Positions 13,088-25,800 of a stretch of 64,000 nt of DNA are shown here, piece by piece. Each line of letters starts with the position of its first letter. Positions within the stretch are counted from its first letter, which is position 1. The stretch comes from a virus (Duplodnaviria; Caudoviricetes): positions 1-64,000 of IMG/VR virus record IMGVR_UViG_3300021400_000447; one strand, 5' to 3'. The notes under the pieces were generated by a model. It made no database searches, was not told the DNA's origin, and saw only the letters and a program-made list of their open reading frames with translations. Both the position numbers and the translations under genes were made by a program.

Positions 13088-13490
13088 ACATATTATTTTA
13101 TTTCTAATTTTTGGCGCTATTTACTTTCTTATTGAAACATTATGGAAAGGACATTTAACCCATTGGAGTATGTTTGTTTTAGCTGGTTTTATAGGCGTAA
13201 CTATTGGCTAGCTAAACGAGCATATTCCATGGGAAATGCCCTTTTTTAATTAGTGTTTTATTGGAATGATAATAGCTACCATACTAGAAGGAATAAGTGG
13301 TGTGATACTTAATATTTGGTTAAAATTAAATATTTGGAATTATAGTAATGTGCCATTAAATTTCTTTTTCGGTCAATGCAGCGTGCCATTTTGTATAGCT
13401 TGGTTTGGTTTGGCCGCGATTTGTATTGTGTTAGATGATTTAATTCGTTGGAAATTTTTTAATGAAGAGCGTCCGCAATATATTTTTTAA
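13074..13490 (+). CDS. 4-TM membrane protein (putative ABC-transporter-permease-like family), 2 TAG
   Basis: G-Q-LNEHIPWEMPFFN-Q-CFIG..LE..SG..LN.WL.L.IWNYS family pattern when TAG=Gln. Confidence 0.7.
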
Positions 13491-13555
13491 TAATCGCATA
13501 AAATAAAATAATTTTTATGACACAATACTACTTTTGTTCAGGAGGGGCGTATAAA

Positions 13556-14575
13556 ATGAAGCAATTAACAATTCATCGGTTGTACTTTACCAACACCGAT
13601 TGTTATAAATCTAAATCTATACAGACTCCCGCTGGCGTACAAGTACACAGTACTGGTTCAAATAATGCTTATTTAAAACGTTATGTTGGGCCAGATGATG
13701 GTTATTTAGGAAAGAATTTATATAATAATACGCATAATCGTGCTGGATTAAATGTTTGCGCGAATGCGTATATTGGTAAATTAAATGATGGCACAGTTAC
13801 AATATATTAGACGTTGCCGTGGGATTACCGTTGTTGGTTAAGCGGTAGCGGGAAAAATGGTAATGCCAATAAAAAAGGATATATTGGGTTTGAAATATGT
13901 GAAGATGGTTTAAAAGATCAAGCATATTTTGAAAGTGCTGTAATGCAAACATCTGTGTATTTGGTAGCCTACTTATGTAATAAATATAATATATCTATAG
14001 ATTCAGTGAGAGATCATCATGAATTAAATGCACTAGGATTAGCAAGTAATCATGCTGATATTACTCATTGGCTTAAAAAATTTGGCCTAACTATGAATGA
14101 TTATCGTAAGGCAGTTATGGAAGCAATGGACGAAGGCGTTGAAGTAACTTATGTCATGGGAGATGCCTTTATAGCAACAGAAATTGCCCAAAAAAATGGA
14201 GTTGAAGAACAAGTGGCTAATATGCTTTATGCGGCTACAATATATTCCGCAAACGGGCACAATAAAAATTTACGCGCCTAGCCAAGTTTGCAGGCACAAA
14301 TATTAACCACAATTCCACCAAATTCCTCCATTGACGTGCTGGAAGAAGTTGATGAGGAATGGGCCAGAATTAAATATAAAGATTATGTTGGTTATATGTG
14401 CAGAGAATTTATTGCAATAGATAAAACAGCAGAAAAAGATAATAACAAAAAAGAGCCAACTACTACTGAGCCAGTGGCAGAAAAGCAATTAATTGAATTG
14501 TCTAAAGAAGAATTATTAGATTTGTACAATTAGTTGTATGATATGCTATAGTTGGTGTAGAAATGGCTTAAATAA
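13556..14575 (+). CDS. Endolysin: N-acetylmuramoyl-L-alanine amidase with SH3-like domain, 5 TAG
   Basis: VHST, Y-Q(TAG)-TLPW, GFEICE, HHE..SNHAD amidase_2 motifs; LRA-Q-PS...I..IP....V.EE....W..I.Y....GY SH3b pattern; ends TAA. Confidence 0.85.
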
Positions 14576-14579
14576 AATA

Positions 14580-14608
14580 TTGACTTTTTAGCATTAATTT
14601 GCTATAAT
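14580..14608 (+). promoter_or_regulatory. sigmaA promoter
   Basis: TTGACT-17-TATAAT, TG extension. Confidence 0.8.
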
Positions 14609-14641
14609 ATAATTATAAAATAAGAAAGAGGTATTTGGTTA

Positions 14642-14836
14642 ATGTTTGAAAACTGGGATGCAATCGAAAGCAATGACAATAATACGGCTGAAGAAAAGAA
14701 TGAAGAGGATGTTGGTTGCGGTTTCTGCGTTGATAAGCGTAGCCACAAGAATATTGAACTTTACTTCCTTGATCGCGCGAGCAACATGCGCGTATGTTCT
14801 TATTGTCCTTCTTGCGGCCGCAAGCTAACGAGGTGA
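14642..14836 (+). CDS. Small Zn-finger protein
   Basis: CGFC and CPSCGRKL; no internal TAG. Confidence 0.7.
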   Translation: MFENWDAIESNDNNTAEEKNEEDVGCGFCVDKRSHKNIELYFLDRASNMRVCSYCPSCGRKLTR

Positions 14837-14840
14837 CATT

Positions 14841-15263
14841 ATGAATAATCTAAATCCTCTAATGACGCCGTAGCAATAGATGATGCCAAATTATCTTAAT
14901 TACAACACAATGAATATGCTACCGCGTTATGAAATTAATATAGTTAAGGGTGCCGCAGGTGCTAGTAATTTTCGTATGGCGCCGAACAGCAGAACAATTT
15001 TAGCTGACGAAACCGCGCCAATTGTCTGGTTTGCTAGAACTGACAGCGGCGGCTATTTAACTGTAGAACCTTATGATATTTCTCCGCATCAAGAGCAGCA
15101 ACCTGTGAATGTGAGTGATCTTGAAGCACGAGTGAGAAAGTTGGAGGAAATGTATGCACAACAATCCAATTCTACAAAGTCTAGAAAACAGCGGCAACCA
15201 GCAGCAAATGCAATGGTAGAATCCGCAAATGGCGCAGCTCAGGTAGATAGTACAAATGTATAA
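14841..15263 (+). CDS. Conserved Clostridia (pro)phage hypothetical protein, 2 TAG near start
   Basis: GAGGTG RBS; V.G.AGA..F.MAPNS..IL.DET.PIVW..RTD..GY family motif. Confidence 0.7.
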
Positions 15264-15426
15264 AAATGGCTAGAATCCTAGCGCAATCATTGAGCAGAAT
15301 CCAAATATAAAATAGGCAATTGATTTTATCAGGCAATCCGGTGGTAGCCCATAGCAAGCTTTTTATAGCTTAGCATAGCGGATGGGCGTTAATCCAGATT
15401 TAGTTTTAAAATAGTTGGGAATATAA
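15154..15426 (+). CDS. Small Gln/Asn/Pro-rich protein, 7 TAG (missing from track)
   Basis: GGAGG RBS; open only if TAG is sense; P.QAFYSLAQRMGVNP pattern; ends TAA. Confidence 0.65.
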
Positions 15427-15483
15427 AATGAGACGCAGAAATGCGTCTTTTTATATTAAATATTTTTATAAGAGGCGATTCAT

Positions 15484-16113
15484 ATGGATGGTAATCTTTC
15501 CGCGGCCGATATGGCGGCAGTAACTGGTCGTAATGACGGAGATTGGGGAAATGGTTTATGGCTGTTTGCAATTCTAGCCTTAATGAGCGGTGGTTTCGGC
15601 GGCTGGAATAATCGTGGATATCAGCCACAATATGCAACTCAAGATTTTGTCCAGAATGGATTTAATTTCAATGATCTCCAGGATCAGAATCGCGATATCT
15701 TACAGGCAATCTCTAGTGGCACAGCGCAGTCTGTTGCTACAACCAACCAAGTTTATCATGATCTAATGAATGGTTTATCTGACAAATACAATGAGCTACA
15801 GCGTGATGTTGCTGGATTAGCCATTGGACAAGCTAATCAGCTTGCTCGGATAAATGAATGCTGCTGCGCTACACAGGGCGCAATTGCTCAGGCAAATTAT
15901 GATGCCGCAATGCGTGATGCAGCGACAAATGCTAACATTGTTGCTCAGAGTCAGCGTATTCTTGACGCCTTCACTGGAAATAAGATAGAAGCAATGCAAA
16001 ATCGCATCAACCAACTCGAATTGTAGAATCAACTACAGGGTGTTGTTCGTTATCCTAATGGTTGGACTTACAATGCTGGCAGCAATCCTTTCTGCGGCTG
16101 CAATAACATGTAA
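15484..16113 (+). CDS. Gly-rich N-terminus/coiled-coil protein conserved in Clostridia, 1 TAG
   Basis: LSAADMAAVT, W.GNGLWLF, INECCC, ELQNQLQGVVRYP, C-terminal CGC. Confidence 0.75.
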
Positions 16114-16134
16114 TAGAGCGTATTTAGTACGCCA

Positions 16135-16173
16135 AAAAGGGACGTACTTAATGTACGTCCCTTTTATTTTTTT
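16135..16173 (+). terminator. Intrinsic terminator
   Basis: AAAAGGGACGTAC-TTAAT-GTACGTCCCTTTT followed by T-run. Confidence 0.8.
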
Positions 16174-16196
16174 GTTAATAACAGGGGGTAATTATT

Positions 16197-16607
16197 ATGA
16201 TTCAAATTTATAGTTCTAATCTTACTGTTGCGGCAAACACACCATTTAATTTTAATAATGTAGTTTTGGATAAAGGATGCGCAGAAAATTTATCAGGGCC
16301 CGCGAGCATTCAATTAAATCAACGTGGAGTTTATTTAATTGAAGTAGACGGATATGCTACTCCTGCGGCCGCCACTGATGTAACAGTTCAATTGTATGTA
16401 AATGGTGTCGCGTAGGCGCAAGCAATTTCTGAATTTACTGGAGTTGCTGATACTGCTGGCACTTTTGGTTTTAAAACATTTGTACAAGTAACGGAAAATA
16501 ATTGCAATTGCTGCAATTATACAAGCCCAACAGTGATTCAGGTAATGAACGGCGAAACTGAATTAACTGATGCGCATATTAACATAGTTATTACTAAGAT
16601 CCGTTAA
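16197..16607 (+). CDS. Beta-sandwich protein, BclA-C/C1q-like by pattern, 1 TAG
   Basis: G..I.L...GVYLI.V.G...VQLYVNGV pattern; ends TAA. Confidence 0.55.
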
Positions 16608-16619
16608 TGGAGGTTTAAT

Positions 16620-17192
16620 ATGGCAGTAGAAGAAATTTTTAATCAGCTAGGTTCTCATATGGTTGAGGGCATGATGATGCACAGCCAAATGGCTAATGCA
16701 TACGGATTTTTAAAATTAGATGGATATAAAACTTGCCATGAATACCACTATTTAGAAGAAACAAAGATGTATATTTGTTTAAATTCATTTTATCAGGAGC
16801 AATATCACAAGTTAATTAAATTAGATGCTATTCCAAATCCAGAAATTATACCAGCTTCATGGTATAAATATACAAGCGCGGATGTTGATACCAGCACAAA
16901 GAGATCCGCTGTAGAAACTATGATTAAAAAATGGGTGGAATGGGAATAGTCTACTAAAGATATTTTGTAGATTGATTACAAAATATTATACGATAGTGGA
17001 GATATTCTAGCGGCTGATAAAATAAAATGCATGCTTGATGATGTTACAGATGAACTTCATTATGCAGAAAAAAAGAAAATAGAATTAACATCAGTTAATT
17101 ATGATATAGGTTTTATTCTAAACGAATAGGATAGAGTAGAACATAAATGTAAGAAAAAAATTAATAATTTGTTTATAGAATAGGATTGGTGA
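16620..17192 (+). CDS. Ferritin-like helical protein, 4 TAG
   Basis: EG.M.H, CHEYHY.EE, WVEWE..TK, DVTDEL..AE helical-bundle motifs; ends TGA. Confidence 0.55.
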
Positions 17193-17197
17193 TGTCG

Positions 17198-17593
17198 ATG
17201 ATTAGGCTCATTCAACGTAGATTAATCATCCCCCGCGGTAATACCGGTTCTTTTACTGTCCCAACTTTAGTATCCGTTAATGAAGGCGATGTCGCGGTAT
17301 TTTCTATCTATGATAGATTAACGCATAAAACTGTGCATGAAATAAAAGTGCCAGCGACCGAAGGCACAATTACAATTCCTTTTGAGCGGGAAGACACGAT
17401 TAATTTAGAGCCTAAAAAATATTTCTGGGACATAACCATTTATAATTCACCGGATTATGGGGATGACGAACCATATAAAGATAATAAAGACATTATGCCA
17501 AAAAATGGCGCAGAGATACACTCTTATTATGCAGCATATAAACTTCCCATTTGCGATATACGGGAGGTGGCCGAGAATGTATCCCGCACGTGA
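17198..17593 (+). CDS. Baseplate-upper (BppU N-terminal-like) protein
   Basis: IPRGNTG.F.V, T..IPF..EDT..L.P.KY.WDI pattern. Confidence 0.5.
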   Translation: MIRLIQRRLIIPRGNTGSFTVPTLVSVNEGDVAVFSIYDRLTHKTVHEIKVPATEGTITIPFEREDTINLEPKKYFWDITIYNSPDYGDDEPYKDNKDIMPKNGAEIHSYYAAYKLPICDIREVAENVSRT

Positions 17594-18050
17594 GCGAAAA
17601 CGCACAAGAGATTTATTATTAGAATATGATATATCAATTATGCCGCCACGCCCACGTGCGGACGGCTTATCTATTGCCTTTCCTTGGGGAAATGCGAATT
17701 TAGTAGATGATACAAATGGCACAATGCCTCCAACCCCGACCGCCGCAGAAATGGCAAGCTTATATCCGTGGGCAAATACAGCAATAACTATTTTAATGCA
17801 TTAGTTTTATATTGTTGCTGTACAACATGGATACACTGGCAGTGAGCAAGACTATTTCAATAGCTTTGGTACATATGTTGGAGATAAATGTATTATTTAT
17901 GGTACATTAATGAAATTCCCAAATCCTGGGAGTAAAGATAAATTATATTTTGATTTAGAAGAAAAAATATTGTATTATTGGGATGAAGGCTATATTCCCG
18001 TAAATGCAATGCTTATTGCTAATACTTAGTTGGATGGAGGTGAAGCCTAA
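17577..18050 (+). CDS. Tail-region hypothetical protein, 2 TAG
   Basis: GGAGGT RBS; open to TAA only with TAG read-through; TAATG coupling to next gene. Confidence 0.65.
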
Positions 18051-18754
18051 TGCCCAGCAATAGTGTACGAGTTACATTACAAATTAGACATGATGTTAAA
18101 GATAATTGGGTAATTAGGAATCCAATCCTCGCCCAAGGAGAATATGGTTTAGAAACTGATACATTTTTAATTAAAGTGGGAGATGGCGTTTCTGATTGGA
18201 GCCATCTCCCATATTTAAATAAATTAGATGCATCATATTTTAAAACCAATGATGAAGACGGCACAATTACTTTTAGTGATAGTTTTATGAATACTATCGC
18301 TACTCTGGAGGCCGCGGCTGGATAGGCAATTACTAAATTAGAAGTAACGGATCCTCCAGTTAAAGACATTGATGTACCAAATAAAAAATATGTAGATGAT
18401 GCTATTCGTTAGGCTGGCCATTTACATCGTGAAGTTGTATCTACATTACCAGATGCGGCCGCAGCTGATGAGAATACACTTTATATGATACTTTCAACTA
18501 GTGGAGATCATTATGAAGAATATATGGTCATTAATGGTAATTGGGATATGGTCGGTTCAACAGGAGATGGCACTGGTGGCGCATATGAATTACCGGTCGC
18601 AACTAACGCACGTTTAGGTGGCGTTAAATCATCTACACAAGATGGCTTTTTAGCAGTGACAGAAGAAGGATTTATTACTTTTAATGGAGTCCCAACAACA
18701 AAACTTTATGTTCCTACAGGAGATACGTTTATTATATATGGCGGCAGTGCTTAA
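18050..18754 (+). CDS. Tail-fibre protein with Mtd_N/hyaluronidase-N-like domain, 2 TAG
   Basis: W...NPILAQGEYGLETDT..IKVGDG...W..LPY. Confidence 0.75.
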
Positions 18755-18770
18755 TAAGGAGGTGGCGTAA

Positions 18771-20708
18771 ATGGCGGAGGAACATCAGATCGAAGCACGC
18801 ATATTATTACGCTACGATACTTATTAGAATTGGATGAGCAGTTCGGTTATTTTGCTAAAAGGGGAGGCAGCGATTGCTGTATTTCCAACGCCAACTAGAA
18901 TAATAGAAAATTTATCTAATAGTTAGCCAGATAATACTCCACCAGCTATTGGTATTAAAATTGGTGATGGTCGTCATTATTTCTATGAACTACCATGGGT
19001 ATAGGCTGTCGCGGCGGATGTTTATGAATGGGCGAAATCATCTACTAAGCCATCTTATAGCGCACAAGAAATACAAGGTTTATAGAACTATATTGAAAAT
19101 TATATTAATGGTGATGTAGACGTAAATATTAGTCCACGCATCTATTCGCTTGTACAAGGCACTGGTGATAATATCAATAGATATTATTTACGATATAAAG
19201 AAACTTCTACTGACAACGATTGGATAATTGACACCAGTTCATATATTGATTTAAGCGATATATAGCGTTTATTAAATTGGATTGGAGAAAATTATGTAGA
19301 AGAATACGCAAATTTAGTTTCTTTAAACGCAGATTAGATTAGATTTTTCTTAGGACAATTAAATTATAATGACACAGAATAGCCAAATTAGTTTGTAACG
19401 TCCGTATCGGAATCTAATGGTATTGTTTCAGTAACACGCGCGCAACCATCGTTTAATAATATTAAGGGCATTGTGAGCGTTGAACAAGGTGGCACTGGTA
19501 AAGCAACATTTAATGAAAATGAAGTCTTAGTTGGTAACGGGAATGAAATAAAAACGATTCCAATAGCAGAATCTATTGAAAATAATTATAATTTAGTTCC
19601 AAATTATTTAGTAAAATAGTATGTAGATTCTGCAACTAGCGGCCTTACGGGAGCAATGCACTTTAAAGGAGAGGCTACTGTTCAAATTATTAATGGTTCT
19701 TCTGTTAATCCGCGAATTAATGATTATAATTTTTCAAAAGCGGAGCCAGGCGATGTAATCTTAGGTAGTAATAAAGAAGAGTATGTTTGGACTGGAGGAT
19801 ACTGGCGCCTTTTGGGTGATGAAGGCTCTTATGCTATTAAGGGCTCAATTACTAATGCTGATATTGCCGATGACGCTAATATTGCCATTAGTAAGATTGC
19901 TAGTTTATCAGATTTACTCAACGCAAAAGTTGATAAAGTGGAAGGCAAGTCACTCTCTACCAACGACTTCACTACCGAATACAAACAAAAACTTGATGAC
20001 ATTGAGGATAATGCTTAGCGCAATCTTATTGAGCATATTTATATAAACGGCACCGAAGCGACTCCAATTACCATTGATGGTAAACCTAATTCACTTGCTA
20101 TACGACTTAGTTCACTTACACCTGAAGAAGAGGAAAAACTTCGTGGTATTGAAAATAATGCACAGGTAAATGCTATTGAACACATTTTTTTAAATGAAGA
20201 AGAAATAGCAATAAAAACTGTTAAAACATTACCAAAATCAATTAATATAGAATTAATACCATACACCGAAGAAGAACAAACAAAATTGGCTGGTATCGCT
20301 GAAGGTGCACAAGTTAATACTGTTGAGGGCATAACAGTTAATGGTACACCAATTTCGCCTGATAGTTCTAAAATAGTAGCTATCACAATCCCAGACCATG
20401 CAGAACATGAAAATAAAATTGAACGTATTTATTTTAATGACATTGAATTTGCTCCAAATAAGGATAAAGAAGTCCGAATCACTATCGACGAGGCCGCGCT
20501 TAAATTACAGGTACTTAAAGGAGCGATTATTCCTAAAGAAACAAATCCAAATGAAACTGAAGATGTAGATATTGATAGTACGTCGAAAAAATTAAAGTTA
20601 GCTCGTATCGCTGCGACTGGAAATATAGAAGATATTTTGCAGAACGCAAATTCATATATTGTATTGAACTGCGGTTCAAGTACAGTAAATATTCAAGATC
20701 TTGGCTGA
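18771..20708 (+). CDS. Tail-fibre protein (~645 aa) with internal KL.GI...AQ.N.IE repeats
   Basis: AAGGAGG RBS; IKIGDG..LPWVQA.AADV; KVDKVEGKSLSTNDFT..YKQKL; TAG aligns with CAG/CAA in repeats. Confidence 0.8.
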
Positions 20709-20733
20709 AAATGATGCCAAGGAGGTGTTATAT

Positions 20734-21297
20734 ATGGCTGCGAAAACCATAAATACACGCATTCAGTTGAAAAATGATACTGAGCTACATTGGAGATAGT
20801 CTGTCCTTAGAACAGACCACAGGGATGGTCTTAAAGATTCTGGCACTTCTTTTGTGCCTCTTTTGGGTGAGCTCATCATTTTTTCAAGTGATGATGCTCA
20901 CCCTTTTTCTCGTTTAAAGGTCGGAGACGGAATGCAGAATGTTTTGGCATTGCCTTTTATTGACGCGGGGACAATTGATGGTGAAATCTTAGCTGACGTG
21001 ATAGTTACAGGAGCAAATAGATATTCTTTCCCTTCTATGGGATAGGAACATAAATTGTATGTTGATTTAGATAAGAATGTGATATATTGTTATAAACCTA
21101 ATACTGGCTTTACACAATTATCTAACTTTAAATATAAACCAACAAAAACATAGATTCAAACAATAAATAGTTGGGACCCAGGAGTAATGACCACCGCGAC
21201 GGTAACCAATAATAATTTAGTTATTGAGAATGGAGCCGCGCCTATACTTAAACTGGGAACATTAAATGTGGTCACAGATATAAGTGAGGTGAATTAA
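20734..21297 (+). CDS. Tail-fibre-associated protein, 3 TAG
   Basis: AAGGAGG RBS; TRIQLK.DTE..W, P..GELII, RLKVGDG....LPF motifs. Confidence 0.7.
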
Positions 21298-21299
21298 GA

Positions 21300-22811
21300 A
21301 TGGCAGTAGGGAGTTATATTGGATAGGTAAATATAGGTGCGAATACACATGCTATTGGCTCTACATTGTTTGGCGCAAGTAATACAATAGCTACAGAAGC
21401 AGCAAAAGTTGCGTTATTAGATGGATTTAATTCGCTTGCTACAGGAGTTACCGTGCATATATTATTTACCACGGCAAATACAATATCAACTGGAGTAACG
21501 CTAAAAGTTGGTAGTACCGAGGCGAAACCAATTACAAATCCTAATGGTTCATTATTATGGAATGCGAATTCAATTATTAGTTTCACATATGATGGTACTA
21601 CAAATTGGGTTATTAATAGTGCATAGATTGATACAAGTAACATTACAATTGATATGAATCAATTAAAGAATTTATCTTTAGGTAATATAACCAATGAAGG
21701 TAAAATAAATAATTCTCCAAATAGAATAGTTGTTACAGATAATAATTCATTAGTTACTACAGGAGCGACTTTAGGAAGCATCGCTGATGGTACATTTTTA
21801 GATAATACTGGAACTTTTAGAAGTTTACTTGATACAGATGTTCCTGGTACAATCGCACGATTAGATTCACCAGATTTTACAGGCACACCTACTGCTCCAA
21901 CAGTAGTAGACGCAACAGATAGTTCTACTAATATTGCTACTACTGCATTCGTCGCGGCGGCAATCAATAGCAAATTAGCCGCGAATGATGCCATGTAGTT
22001 TAAGGGAACAATAAGTGATCCAGCAACAATTCCATCAACACATCAAGCAGGTGATACATATAGAATTACCGCAGCCGGCAATTATGCTGGGTATAAATGT
22101 GAGGTTGGCGACTTATTAATTTGTACTACGGATGGCACTTCTGCAAATGACAGCCATTGGACAGTTGCTTAGACCAATATTGATGGTTCATTATTTATGG
22201 GCTCTAATTCGCTTACATCTGGCGAATTATTGATTGCTGATGGTGCTGCTGGTAAAGTAAAGAGTAGTGGTTTCACTATTGAAGCGCCATCTGCCGGCGG
22301 TATTTTATATGGTAGCAGCACTAACGCCTATAATGTTTTAGCTGCTGGCGGGGCTGCTAATGCTAATAAAGTATTAACCATGAACGCGACTGGGACTGCT
22401 CCAGAGTGGGCAGATGCGCAGCATTATACTTCTTATTTGTATGTTACATCTGCAAATGGTACAAATAATACTTCAACCATATTATCTAATAATAATGTTT
22501 ATTTACGTTTATTTGAAAATAGCACTGCTCGTTCTACGCATAAAATTAGTGGTGCTGGCGCGACTTTAGTTACTACAGATGCAAGCGCAAATATTATTAT
22601 TACTAGTACTGATACTCAATTTACTTCTGCAGGTAGCGCAAATGCATTAACTAATTTAACATTAGCATATACAGCTAATGGAACAACCAACACTGAGACT
22701 CCAAGTACCGCTACTGCTGTTGGAGTGGTTGAAAACGGTATATTATATATGAAATCTATTACTTATAGTACTACATCTGTAAGCACAGGAGTAGTAGCTG
22801 TAACAACTTAA
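21300..22811 (+). CDS. Tail-fibre protein (~503 aa)
   Basis: Four track fragments in frame; FTYDG..NW, SP.FTGTPTAPT, IATTAFV fibre motifs. Confidence 0.8.
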
Positions 22812-22825
22812 GTGGGGTGAACTAA

Positions 22826-25800
22826 ATGGGTTATGTAAATAAAGTAGTAGATAATGTAGGAACTCATTTAGTAGAGCCAACATTATACACTGCTGCAGGC
22901 GGCACTGCTGCCGCGTACACTGCAGCGATCAGTACTTTTGAATTGGTAGAAGGCGTCATGATTAATTTAAAGATTCCGACTACCAATGCAGCATCTGCTA
23001 CATTAAGCATTAATAATACAACAGCGAAAAATATTTATTATAATAATGCAGCTATCGCGGAAAAAGTATTAAAAGCTAATCATATTTATAATTTAACATA
23101 CGACGGTACAAATTGGGTATTAGTTGGGGATTTAGATGCCGAAGTAAACATAACGAATACTTCATTGCCCTCATCTGGAAATAAGATTTATTATTTAACT
23201 TATAGTGTAAGCACTACTACTGGTAATCAAAAATTAAATAACAGCGATAGACTATATTTATATGAAAATACAACAGATTCATATTTAGCTGTTGGCAGTG
23301 GCTCTACCAGTGGTGGCTTAACCATACGTAATAAAAATGGAAAATATATGAATATAGTTACATCTGCATTTAGTGACAATTAGACTTTAACATTACCAGA
23401 TAAAACTGGTATTATTGCATTAACAGGTGATATACCAACTAAAGTAAGCCAATTAACTAATGATTCTGGATATGTAAAATCTTCTGGTGTTACATCCATT
23501 ACATTAAAAGCGGGCGCCGGTATAACATTAGATACAGATAATACAGCAATTACAAATACTGGGGAACGTACCATTAGTATAAGTGGATTAAATACTTCAT
23601 CTGGTTCCACTACAAAATGGCTTAATTAGAAAGGAGGATGGAGCACGCCAACAGCGGCGTAGGTTGGCGCAGCTCCTGCAGTTACTGGCGGTTATTTACC
23701 ATTAAGTGGCGGAGCAATGACGGGCAATATTCGCCGTTATTATGATGCTGCAAGTACTGAACCTATGATTACTATGCTTTCTAATAATTTGGATATCATT
23801 TTATGGGAAGCAGGACATGGCGCTGCCGCCGCGGCAACAACTACATCTAATCATTATAAATTATTATATAAAGGGACAGGCTATACTGGAAATAATGAGA
23901 ATTATTTATAGCTAATTGCACATAAATCTGATGATAACATTGCAGTTCAAATAGATGAGGCAGGTAAAATTATTTTGCCACAGATGGCTACTGGCGCTGT
24001 AGACACACCAATTTATATTAATAGTGATGGTGTGATTACTGCTGGCACTAAATTAGGAGCAAGCGCTTATCATGCTGACTCTTATTTTGCATTAGCGTCT
24101 CATGGTACGCATGTTACTGCTGCAACAGTTAAATCAGCTTTAGGAACGGTTACTACAACCGCAAAAAAATTCTTAAAAGATACTGGCGCATGGGCATAGG
24201 TTAATTGGAGTGATTTGAGTGGTGTGCCAGATACGTTTACGCCTGAAACACATACGCATAATTCTGATAATACTTTAATGCATGGATATACACGTTCATA
24301 GATTGGCACATCGCCAAATTATGATAATCCATAGTATGATGGCAAAAAAATTAATGGTATTTATGAAATACGCAAAGCTTCTGAAGTGAGCGGGCAAACT
24401 GGCACAAGACCGCCAGCCGCCGATTATTATCCAATGTTAAGCTTGCAAACAGAAAACGTAATGATGTAGCTTGGCGGTAGTAACTCATAGGGTTGGTTTA
24501 TTCGTGGAAAATAGGCAGCAAATGTTACACTTGCAAATGTTGATTGGCAACAATTAATAACAGATGCAAATTATAAATCTTATGCATGGGCGCGTCCATC
24601 ATCCATTGCATCTGGTTAGATATTAGTAAGTAATGGAGCTGCAGGAGAAACTACATTACGCGGTATATATACCTTAAGTACGACTGATGACACTGGATGG
24701 AGCACAACGGCAAATAGAACTAAAATTCCAGACATGAGTTTTATGGCATATTGGAATGGCGCGTATAATGGTACTAGCAGTAATTTATCAGTTCTTGGTA
24801 CAATTACTACTGGTACTTGGAACGCTTCTGTAATTGAATCAGCTTACATAGATACAGCGATAGCACGACTTGCATCTCCAGCTTTCACAGGTACTCCGAC
24901 AGCGCCCACCGCGGAAGATGGTACTAATAACACTCAAATTGCTACTACAGCTTTTGTTATGAATGCTTTTAAAACAAATGATGCAATGCTCTATAAAGGA
25001 GTAATAAATGCTGATTCTGATTTACCAACTACACATTATCAAGGATGGACTTACAAGATAGGCACGGCGGGAAAGTATGCTGGTATTTAGTGTGAAGTCG
25101 GTGATATGATTATATGTAATACCGATGGTACAACTGCGAATAATGCTCATTGGAATATCATTCAAACCAATATTGATGGAGCAGTTACAAGCTCTTCCGA
25201 TAGCTCAACAGACAATGCATTGGCTGTATGGAGCGGCACTAGCGGAAGAATTATTAAAAATCAATCATATGTCACATATTTAAATCATAGTCAGATTACA
25301 GGTAAAAACTTTTATTAGGATGGTTTATTAATAAATGGTGTCACCGAAAACGGAACACCTGTATTTGGAGATGCAGGCCCATAGCTACAGTTTAATGATA
25401 GCGGTCAGCAAGGTAGCATTATATTTACTAGATTTGATAACGGATTTGCTAATTCTGCGTCATGGCATTTTGTTGCAAATCAATCATCTGGCACTAATGT
25501 TACATCAACCGGTTTTACTGCGAAAACATATTTAACTATTGGACAAAATGCATTGGATACAGATTATAATTTATCCGTGACAGGAACAACAAAACTTAGT
25601 GGAAATGTTAATGTAATAAGTAATACTCCAAGAATATTATTTAAAGAAATGGATGCAGATAAATCAGTCGCGCCATCAAGTGCTACACAATAGGGTATAT
25701 TTTTTACTGACCAAAATGGTGCAACACTTGGCCTATTGGATTAGCGTATTTATTCTGAGTCAAATCGTATGGAATATTTAGTGCTTGAACCAAATAATAA

